A stretch of DNA of 64,000 nucleotides, from NCBI GenBank assembly GCA_040954595.2, contig CM082593.2:10863477-10927476 (forward strand). The letters run 5' to 3'. Source of the DNA: Balanoglossus misakiensis. Its lineage: Eukaryota; Animalia; Hemichordata. The notes below the pieces were generated by a model. It saw only the letters and a list, made by a program, of their open reading frames with translations, was not told the origin of the DNA and ran no database searches. Position 1 is the first letter of the stretch; each line of letters begins with the position of its first letter. Shown here in pieces: positions 25,219-36,344 of this stretch. Made by a program: the position numbers and the translations under genes.

Positions 25219-25392
25219 ATACACCAACCCTTCACCATTTCATTAGATTATACCATTTTTATTAGCCTAACCTGTTTATACACCAACCCTTCACCATTCC
25301 GTTAGATTATACCATTTTTTATTACCCTAACATATTCATACACCAACCCTTTACCATTCCCTCAGATTAAACCATTTTTATTAGCCTAACCT
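25219..25392. repeat. ~60-bp degenerate tandem repeat x3 in an AT-rich tatacc tract
   Basis: tacaccaaccctt.accatt...agattataccatttttatta.cctaac occurs three times. Confidence 0.8.
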
Positions 25393-25578
25393 ATTGACAG
25401 CATCCCTCTGGTTTTGATATTGTTATCTGGTGCGGCGTTGTTGTAGATATTGATTAGACTCCCTCCGGCGATGATAATACCAATGAACCTATTGAAAAAA
25501 AAGAATGAATATTATTAATTAGATCAGATCAACAAATCATGGCGTCGTTCATCCCTCTGGTCACAGGAGCATCATCTG

Positions 25579-26305
25579 GCGTCGTTACAGGTTTAAGTTC
25601 ATCCCTCCAGTACAGTATAAGGTGGCGGCGTCGTTACAAGTATTAAGTTCATCTCTCCAGTACAGTATTAGGTGGCGGCGTCGTTACAAGTATTAACTTC
25701 ATCTCTCCAGTACAGTATTAGGTGGCGGCGTCGTTACAAGTATTAACTTCATCTCTCCAGTACAGTATTAGGTGGCGGCGTCGTTACAAGTTTAAGTTCA
25801 TCCCTCCAGTACAGTATTAGGTGGCGGCGTCGTTACAAGTATTAACTTCATCCCTCCAGTACAGTATTAGGTGGCGGCGTCGTTACAAGTATTAACTTCA
25901 TCTCTCCAGTACAGTATTAGGTGGCGGCGTCGTTACAAGTATTAACTTCATCTCTCCAGTACAGTATTAGGTGGCGGCGTCGTTACAAGTATTAACTTCA
26001 TCTCTCCAGTACAGTATTAGGTGGCGGCGTCGTTACAAGTATTAACTTCATCTCTCCAGTACAGTATTAGGTGGCGGCGTCGTTACAAGTATTAAGTTCA
26101 TCTCTCCAGTACAGTATTAGGTGGCGGCGTCGTTACAAGTATTAACTTCATCACTCCAGTACAGTATTAGGTGGCGGCGTCGTTACAAGTATTAACTTCA
26201 TCTCTCCAGTACAGTATTAGGTGGCGGCGTCGTTACAAGTTTAAGTTCATACCTCCAGTACAGTATTAGGTGGCGACGTCGTTACAAATATTACACTCCC
26301 TCCAG
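25579..26305. repeat. 50-bp minisatellite, ~14-15 copies
   Basis: Unit acagtattaggtggcggcgtcgttacaagtattaacttcatctctccagt, with occasional 49-bp variants. Confidence 0.98.
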
Positions 26306-27067
26306 CAGCAGTGTTACCAAAGAACCTAATGTAAAAAAAGAATGAAATTATTTTAATAATCTGATTAGGTCAAGTCATCATATTGATAAAGAAAACGACA
26401 AGAAGAAATCATTTAAAAATTAACGCTGCCAGCACCATTGGTTGGGCCCAAACGGTTCCCATGGTTACCAGGGTATGCCAAGGCTGTATTCTGCTGTGAA
26501 TACCAAGATATATGAAAGCTGGTCAAAGGTTACCCCAGGGTCATTGAAAATCGCAAAAAATAGCGTCAAGGACACTGTGGTCTCATTTAGTGATTACACT
26601 AGAAAAAGTCTACACAGGAGTACAGACAGACAGACACACACATAGAGAGGCAATAAAATATGATGCCCCCCCAGCCCCGAAAACATCTTGATCTTATGTA
26701 TGCTGGCCTGGTACAATAGACAAACCAGCCAATTAATGAAAATTTTGTACAAATACAGAGCTCAAAGTTGCATTTTAGTGAGCCCAAAAGCAAATTAACT
26801 CAATGTTACGACAAATTTTACTTTTGCCACTCAAAGTTTGCATCGGTGGGGTGGGATGGCAAGTACTCTTCCCTGATACAATAGACAAACCAGCCAATAA
26901 ATGAAATGAGGTGAAGAATGAAGGTGAAGAATGAATAACTTTATTTGATTCCATTATCTAAACAAACACATCCAATTAACTTCCTACTCAAATTTCAAAG
27001 TAATCAGTCATAGGTTTTGTAAATCATCATGAGAAATCACCCTGAAACCAAATCAAATCAAAAATCA

Positions 27068-27363
27068 TATAAGCCTAGTCGGGCTCTGCGCTCCAGCTCA
27101 AGGAACCAGTTGTGTGTACCAAAGTACAGACTCAAAACATATGGTGGATGTGCCTTTTCCCTTGTCGCGCCACAACTTTGGAATTCTCTGCCATCTGACA
27201 TTCAACAGGCTTCTAGTCTCAACATTTTCAAACAAAAACTCAAGACATTTCTATTTGTCAAAGCCTACGAACACTGATGTTATACTTTCAGCGCCTTTGG
27301 AAATAACATTGTTATTGATTCTGGCGCTTTATAAATGTTTGTTTTGATTTGATTTGATTTGAT
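27068..27363 (+). mobile_element. 5'-truncated L2/CR1-group LINE 3' end
   Basis: YKPSRALRSS...TYGGCAFSLVAPQLWNSLPSDIQQASSLNIFKQKLKTFLF, followed by a short 3' UTR and a (gattt)n tail. Confidence 0.88.
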
Positions 27364-29194
27364 CCCCCAAAAATATACTATTCAATTCATCAAGTTGATT
27401 TGAAAAACATACATGCAAATCTTACTTGAGCTACCCCTAACATGACTAACAAATTTTAAAGCAATGGAACAAGCGGTTTTAGAGAAAAAAAATTAATTAA
27501 ACAAGGCTGAAATTGCTCCAAAATTATCAATATGCAAATTTTGCAACATTTCAACAAAAGTATTGTAACTCATATCACCTACATGAAGCTTCATACTAAA
27601 ATTTTTTACCACAAATGAGGAAAAAGGCAAAAAATGCATAAAATAGAACATTCAAACTATTAGTTCAAAAAATACAGGATTGTATGTGGTTGACATAAGG
27701 TACTTGCATACCAATTGTCAAATCAATCTGTAAATTATCATGAGAACAAACCCTGAAACCTTCAAATCAAATTTCAAAGCATTGGGGGTAAAGGGGGCAC
27801 AGTACGATATTTTACCCACAACTCTCCATGATTTGTATCATCGAGATTGTCCATTTAATTACTTTCTGTTTTAGATACTAACAATGATATGAAGTACATA
27901 TAACTGTATTAAGATTTATCTAGAAAAAGTATGTTGAGGAATTAGAGTGAAAATTTCAAAATCAAGATTTAAAAGCCATAGAAATCAAAGTATTCATTCA
28001 TGTACGTCAAATGTCACACTTAGGAGGAAAGAAGCAATGACTAACTGAGGTGGCCAGTCTCTGTTGAAAGTTAACATGTAAATTTCCATTGTTCTGTCTA
28101 TAGAAAAAAATCAATATCGTTTTGTTTGATTAAACAAGTGTTTCAAGTGTCCCTGTTTTACTTCAAACTTTTTTGTATCGGCTGGCTATGCAATTGCTTA
28201 TTTTATAAAATTTGTATCTCCTCTTTCAATAATGCATGATTTTGTTTATCATTTGAAATGGTAATTGACAATAAGATTCGCCTTTAAAGCATGCTCTCAA
28301 AATTTGTATTAGTGGTCTACAATTTTCTCTACACATGTGAACTTTGCCTGGTTTGACCGAGTAATCTCTGGTTGTACAAACCAGAGTGATTCATGGGATA
28401 TTTCACGTACTGTGGGGGGTTCTGAGAAGAGTTTTGACCAAAAATGGCAAAAATCATCCCAAAAATATACTATTCAATTCATCAAGTTGATTTGAAAAAC
28501 ATACATGCAAATCTTACTTGGGCTACCCCTAATATGACTAACAAATTTCAAAGCAATGTAACAACCGGTTTAAAACAAAAATTCAAAAACGGCCGAAATT
28601 GCTCCAAAATTATGAATATGCAAATTTTGCAACATTTTAACAAAAGTATGCTAACTCATATCACCTATATGAAGCTTCATACTAAATTTCAAAGAAGTCG
28701 TCTCATCAATTTTAGAAAAGTAGATGTTTTACCAAAAATGAGGAAAAAGGCAAAAAATGCATAAAAATAGAACATTCAAACTATTCAAAATACAGGACTG
28801 TATGTGGTTGACATAAGGTACTTGCATACCAATTGTCAAATCAATCTGACCAGTGGTTTTGACCAATTTCAAATTTTCCCAGCTAATTTGCATTTATTTA
28901 ACAATTTCAACTGAATATGGCTGCCAGGTCAAATGACTGATTTGAATTTCAAGGTGCACACTCATTGGCAAGGACAACTGTGACAAATTCAAGAAGCATA
29001 GGTGTGGCAGGTTTTCAGAGCAAGGTGTAAAAAATATCCAGGGAATGGGGCCCAAGCTCCTAAAAACCCAGCACAATACCAATAGGGACTCATATTACTA
29101 ACAAAGTGTAAGCCTGTAATAAGTCAAAAGCTGCACATCTTTTTACCACCTCGTGCCAGTACTAAGCAATAAGACTTTTTATAGAGTTGTTTAA

Positions 29195-29927
29195 GGTGGC
29201 ACTGCATGAAACCGTCGAGACTTTTTCAGAGGCCTATTTCTCATCAAAGACAAAGTTTAAACCCCCATAAACCATATATATTCTGGAAGCTGAGATTTTG
29301 AACTTTTATTTGAGTTGCAAATATTATTGATCCCCGGAAATGGTGGCGATTTTGGGCGAAAAAAACCATTTTTTGATATTATGTCATGAAATTTAAAATA
29401 GGTAAAAAAGTTGACCATGCATCATGCATCTTAATATGTCATTCGAAACTAAAGTACACGTGCAAAAAAACGCTAATTTTGTTTTGCGTTATCTGCTTCC
29501 ATTGAGGAGTAACAGCGTTTGAAAGTTAGATTTTCTGAAAATTTGATCAAATTCACGGTGAGTTGTATTGAATCAGAGTTTATTCCCGCCAGGGACACTT
29601 TATCGACATACAAAACTAGAGTTTTGTTGGATGGGTCATACACAATTCCCTGTCAAAATTTGAGCAAATTCGGCCAATGCAGGGCGAAGCTATTTTAGTC
29701 CGAAGTTGTCAAAAGCAGCGAAAATGCAAACCGAGAAAAACGGCCATTTGCATTGTTGACACCTATTTGTTAAGCTGTGAACTCATTCAGAAAAGTGCTA
29801 TTTGGGGGTGATTGTGCACTATTTCCGCCAAGACGTATTAGTCAGGATGTGGGTGAGTATTAGGCCTACCGATTTATGTAAAAAAGTAAAATTTGGCAAA
29901 AATCACAACTTTTCATGCAATGCCACC
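29195..29927. mobile_element. Kolobok-like non-autonomous element (TTAA TSD)
   Basis: TTAA|ggtggcactgcatgaaa...tttcatgcaatgccacc|TTAA, TIR match 16/17. Confidence 0.85.
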
Positions 29928-31149
29928 TTAATTGTCTCTGCTGATGCCAGAGATTGAAAAAGAATCCTACAAGTTAGGATTTTCAGAAACAATGATAGCT
30001 ATTTCTATTACTGTTTGTAAACAAAAATGTGATGTTCACCGCCTTGTTTTCAGAAAAGTATTTACATAAATGTTTTTCCATAGAGTTAACACAGACATTG
30101 GCAGCCATCTTGAATTTCAAAAACTGCAACAATATCTCCAATGCAACAAATCTGCAAATTGTACTATTTGACACCTGACTTAGGTCAAGGGGTTTCAGAG
30201 ATGATGACTACTCTTCAGACTCAGACAAAATAATAATGCAATATTCAGCGGAATTTCAAAAGCATTGACTAAGATCACCAAGGGACAATTCATACCAAAG
30301 ATCAAAACAATTAGACGTACCTATTTTAAAGATCATTATGAAAACTTTACAGATTCGGTTATAATGTAAATAAAAGTAGATCACCCCTGTGGACATGGCA
30401 ATCAGACATGCATATTCTGACAAGATTTTTTGTTTGTACAAAAAGGCAACTGTCTCCAAAATACAAAATTACAGATTATGTCACATACCTCAGGGAGATC
30501 AATACTAAATTTCAGAGAAAATTTCCCCCCAAATATGCAAATTTCACCATATTTTGAAGAAACAACTTGTGTCATACCTAGAAACCTGCATAGTCAAAGT
30601 AATCTACGAGCTTAGCTTTTTTCTTCCAAAAACAGCAAAAAACTTGTTCCAAACTACAAATATGCAGAATTCAACACAATTTGAACACACATTACTTCGC
30701 CACCCCAAGAAACCTGCACACCAATTTTAAAAGCACTTGCGCCAGTGATTTCAGAAAAGAAAAATGTTGACAGACATAGGATGACTGAACATCTATCTAC
30801 CTGTCAGATAACTTTTGCAGTGCTGAGAGCAGAGCTAGAGATTGGTGTTGTCTTTTTACATTTTAAATCATCACACTTTGCTACTCAAAGCTACTATTCT
30901 GCTATGCTTGAGAAATGACTTGGGACCATTTTTGGCAAACAATAGTCACTAATCTTCCTCAGTTTATAGTACAATGTACCTACACTGTTTTAGTAATGTA
31001 CTGAAAATGTTCAGACTATTTCTTGTGTCTGCATATGTCTTTAGTACAGAAGAATAATCTATCCGGTTGTCATTTCTCTGTTTATTCAGAAATAAACTAG
31101 TCTGGGTTGCAACAGTAAAAATTTTAAAATATTCATACCATTTCTGAAG

Positions 31150-34100
31150 GATGTTCAAAACCAATACCTATGTGAAGCATTATATCAAATTTGCTGGGTA
31201 ACTGTGGATTTATAACTTTTGCTAATTACAGTGCTAACTCACACTGGATGATTCGACGGTAATTTTAGATTCATATGAAGATTTTTTACCAATAATGTTG
31301 AAAAATACAAACAAATGCATCAAAAATAGAAAATCAAAATTAGCTCAAAACATACAGGACTGTATGAGGTAGGCATAAGGTACTTGCATACCAATTTCCA
31401 AATCAATCTGACCAGCAGTTGTTGAATTTTGCAAGTTTTGACCAATTTCACATTTTCCAGCTAATTTGCATATATTTGGTAATGACATTTTCATGTTAAC
31501 AAACTCCAATCTACAGCCCAGCCTGCATCTGCACACCAAATATCGAGGTGATATGCACAACGGTTTTCAAGTTTTAGATGTGGACGGACATACAGACATA
31601 CATCCATACAAACAGACAGACATACTGTAAAACACTTTATTTTCGCGAGAAATTAATTTTCGCCAAATACGCGAGAGCCAAAATAACGTGAAAATAAAAA
31701 GTCGCGTAAATTGTTTTTGAAGATAACGATGCAGTGAATGAAATAAGAGAACGCGAAAAATTAATACTCGCGAAACAGTGGCCTCTCTCGATATCGCGAA
31801 AAATTTAACTCGCGAAAATACAGTACATCCATACATAAATACAGACGCAACTGATTCCATAAGGCCCATGGTACATACCATATGGGACCTAAAAACTGCA
31901 GAAGCTACACAAAACATTAATACTGAAAACATGGCAAACAGTTGTTGCTAACGGGGTTTTAAATCTCCCTTATAGATATTTTTGAACTCCCAATTTATGA
32001 TTATTGACTGTTTGATTGATTAGTTGTTGCACAAATGATAGTATTATCAAAGTAAATAATATCTGTGAGAAATTTCTTTTCATATTTATTTGAATATGGA
32101 TAGGGTAAGATGGGGGTTAAACAAAACTACATTTGTTCAAAAGTGGCAAAAACACAAATATGCAAAAATCACTATAATTGTACACCATCTTACTTAAATC
32201 ACTACAAGGAACATTCCTGTCAAAGTTCAAAGCAATCTGACAAGCGCTTTCAGACACAGCGAATTTGATAACCATCTACAAATATATTTTTATTTTTTAA
32301 ACAATTCTTTTACAACACCTTACTTGGGTTACCCCCCTAGGAATCTGCATTCTGAGCAAAAATTACAAAATTGCTCAAAATTATAAATATACCAATTTCA
32401 CAACAATTTGCAATTTGAACAAAAACTATGGCTTTCAGAAAGGAAGATTTTTCTTTACCAATAATGCAGTAAAAGACAAAACAATAAAAATAGAAAATTC
32501 ATAATATTAGCTCAAAACAAAACATACAGGACTGTATGGCATTTATTGACATTTATAAGAATATGGACAGGGTATGATAGGGGGGGGGGGAATTATAAAT
32601 TCCAAGGGGGTCATCAATTTTTTGTCATAGCTTTTTGGGGCCATAGAAAAAATAACCTAAAAAGTAGGAAATCCTACGTCCCCCTAAGCTTTCATTCTGG
32701 CCAACAACTTTTTATGAAGGCTTCTGCAGTTGTTAAAAACAGATTGCCTGCTATGTTAGACTATCAATCTATAGAGGGGATGAAAAATGTCCTTTTGTCA
32801 AGTGTCTGGATTTTGATAACTTCAACAGGTAAAAATATATTTGTAGATGTTTATCAAATTCGCTATGTCTGAAACAGTATGCTTGCAAATGTATTAATAT
32901 AGTCAGATAATATGAATAGTGAAGATAGCAAAACAAACAGGTTTATGCTTATAGCCATAACTTCTATTAGTGATGTACATGTTGTACTTAGCAAATAATT
33001 GTTATGATCAACTTGGTTTTTATTGCACAAGATCTTTTTATTGCATCCATGTTTCGTTTCATTCTGGATAATAGTCTGTCTAAATAAGTTAACAGGCTTG
33101 ATGAGGGTTATTTTAAACAGTGTTCTCAAAAAACCTGCAATGTCATGCCCTATATTTATAAAGTTGAGGAGAGGTTGTATTCCTAGCAGGATGTTGAAAT
33201 CATTGGAGGACAAACCCTGCCAGTACCAAAAGTTGCTGGGTGTTATAAATGTTTGAGTAACCCCCCCCCCCCCCTTCCCCAATAACACAATATATACTAA
33301 AACATTTTTACAACATCTTACTCAGTTTACCCTTAGGAATATGCCTACCAAATCAATCTGGCATGCAGTTTTAAAGAAAAAAAAATGACCAAAAGTGGCA
33401 AAAATTGCTCAAAATTAAAATATGCAAATTTTTCAACAATTTGAACAAAACTTTGGTTACTCAGACAACCATTAGAAGCTTCATACTAAAATTCAAAGAA
33501 TGAGGCCTATAACTTTAAGAAATGATGATTTCTTTACCAATAATGTGGAATAATACAAAAAATGCATAAAAGATTTTTGGCATAAAAAATTAAAAATCGA
33601 TCATATTAGCTCAAAACATACAGGACTGTTTGAGGTAGACATAAGGTACATGCATACTGATTTTCAAATGAATGTGACCAGTGGTTGTTGAGTTTGAGTT
33701 TTGACCAATTTCACATTTTCCTAGCTAATTTGCATATTTTTGGCAATGACAGCTTCATTTGAACAAACTCCAATCTTCAGCCTGGCCTGCATCTACACAC
33801 CAAATATCGAGGTCATATGCCCAGCGGTTTTCAAGTTTGTGATGTGGACGGACATACAGACATACATACATACATCCACCGATATCATAAGGTCCCATGG
33901 TAAAGCAAATGGGACCTTACAAAACTATGATAACTCAGATCACCTATGAAGCTTCATACTAAATTTCAAATAAGTCAGCTGATCAATTCCAGAAAAGCAG
34001 ATTTTCTACCGATAATGTGGAAAGAGACAAAAAATACATAAAAAATCGAAAATTCACATTAGCTCACAACATATAGAACTGTGTGAGGTTAACATAACTT

Positions 34101-34412
34101 ACAGGAATACCAATTTTCAATTTTGAAAGCAATTTGCTCAGTAGTTGTCGAGTTCCCGAGTTTGGACGAATTTGACACTTTCCCAGCTAATTTGCATATT
34201 TTGGCAATGACAACTTCATTTTGACAACTCCCACTTAATGCCCTGCCTGCATCTCCACACTAAATATCAAGGTCACATGCCAGTGGTTTCCAAGTGTTTG
34301 ATATTGATAGACATACAGACAAACATCCATACAGACATCCATATATACAGGTGCAACTGATCCCATAAGGTCCCATGGTATAAATACATATACCTGCACC
34401 AAATGGGACCTA
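31150..34412 (+). repeat. Cluster of Helentron/HINE-like repeats
   Basis: Recurring modules catacaggactgtatg, cagctaatttgcata, a (taca/gaca)n microsatellite and a terminal hairpin aggtcccat...atgggacct ending at ~31890, 33918 and 34411. Further copies end at 39759 and 40279, and related sequence lies at 27364-29000. Confidence 0.6.
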
Positions 34413-35110
34413 ATAATTCTGATAAAATGCCTACATAGTAAGTTTAAAAACCAATTGTACCTTCAACGTCCTTGGACAACAATGGCTAATATTACTTGCC
34501 AAGGGCGACTAGAATTTTGGGGGCCTGATGCAATTCTGATACATGTACTTCATGATTTAGAGATATTGTGAAAATCCTGTCAACCGAATTACAGGGAAAT
34601 CAGATTTTCCATGTAAAATCATATCACCCAAAAATGTCAAGTGTCGAAAATAATTTTGAAACAAAAAGTCTACTCAAAATCATACCAAAATTTAAATTTT
34701 AAAGCAGTACGTTAGGCAAGCAATTTGAGAATGAAGAAACTTACAAAAAAATTATAAATTGAAAATAACTTACAAATGCCGTACACAAACTTACAATCAC
34801 TACCATATTACTGTACAAGTTAAAAGGACATTGTACCAGCAGAGACATTGCGATCGAGCAATCCCCAAGATATACATGACATGGTCTAATTACAAATATT
34901 GAATATGTAAAATAGGTACACAACACTTCCATTCTTTCAGTACAGTCAGCTGCTTGTTAACAATAGGCATGTAGCTATTTCATCAAATTTACAGCCCAAG
35001 TCATGCCTATACAATTCTCCCTTAAGCTACCCTAAGTGAGTGATGAAAATCTCATATGGTCGACAATTGATGGCCGATTTTTGCCATGTTAAAGAAATGG
35101 GAGTTCATAA

Positions 35111-35904
35111 GGCTGCATTCACAAACACCTCTGGAGAGGGGGGGGGGCAGGAGAATTGAGCGGGGGGGGGGGGGATTTGAAAAATTGAAGGTATGTAAGG
35201 GGGGATTTGAAATAATTTAGGGACTGAAAGGGGGGACTTGAAAACTTTGACGACTAAATATTTATTTTGAGTCCACAAAAATGCAGTTTCGCGCCCTTTA
35301 TTTTACACCCCCTCCCACACCCACCCCCCTCCATTCATCAACACCTTTCAATCATTAACTGGTTTATCTAGTGTCCCATGTCAGGGGACTTGCCCCCACC
35401 CCATGATAACTTTGAGTGGCGACGGTTAAATTTATCCTCCCCAACATACTGGTAGTTGAGTTAATTTGCTTTTGCCGGGTTCATAAAAATGCAGCTTTGA
35501 GCTCTGTATTTTATAAAATTTTCTTACGTGGGAGGGGGACACCCCTTCCCACACCCACCCCCTTCAATTCCCGGTTTACAATGTCTCCCAACACAGAATA
35601 CAAATACTTAAAAAATAAAAACCATGTTCAGTTTTAATACCCACTGATGAGGGGAAACATCAGTTTCAAAGTCTTTTCATGGGAGCGCTGTTTTTCTTTT
35701 TTACAAGATAGATAAGTGATGTGTTTTGCTCTGTGAAAGAAAATGGGGGGGGGGGATTTTAAAATTTTGGCAGTTCAGAAGGGGGTGGGGGATTTGAAAA
35801 TATTTCGGGTTGTGTACAGGGGGGGGGGGGGCATGTGAAAATTAGCAGTAAAAAAATTGAATTCTCCCCCCCCCCCCCATCCAGAGGTGTTTGTGAATGG
35901 AGCC
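35111..35904. mobile_element. PIF/Harbinger-type non-autonomous element (TAA TSD)
   Basis: TAA|ggctgcattcacaaacacctctgga...tccagaggtgtttgtgaatggagcc|TAA. The empty site gagttcataagctaaa is present in the paralog at ~41092-41107. Confidence 0.92.
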
Positions 35905-36269
35905 TAAGCTAAAGCTAAAGTGATAATGGGTCATAACAGACAAAATAACAAAATGTGAAAAACATTTAATGAGTTTAATATGCTAACTACGGAGACAGAC
36001 ATGTTTGACCAAAGCATGAAATACACAAAATGTATCATTTCTTCCACCTCTTACTACATCTTACTTAATTTATGCTTCACATGAAGATTTGAACTTGACC
36101 ATTTAATTCATGTCATCACGATCATATCACAGGCAACCGAGGCTAGAATTCGAAGGAAAAAAGTATTGATAACTGGAAGGTGTAAATTAGTTCGTAGACA
36201 TACATTGTTTCCTATTGTTTCGGTTGTGCCACGCCCGATAAAAGCAAATATACAGCAAGTCATGCTTAC

Positions 36270-36344
36270 CATTGAGCGGTCTTAAACTCGCCCCAGACGA
36301 GGAAGAGAATCCCGAGTTGAAATGCAGACAATTTCAGGCAGCAT
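36270..36344 (-). other. 75-nt micro-exon, copy 1
   Basis: TACTAAC branch point at 36368-36374, ttcacag acceptor and GTAAGC donor. Confidence 0.6.

Noticed and set aside
32546-33288. Overlapping 108-141 aa ORFs
   Set aside because: No recognisable motif or splice context, and the segment is bounded by G and C runs within repeats.
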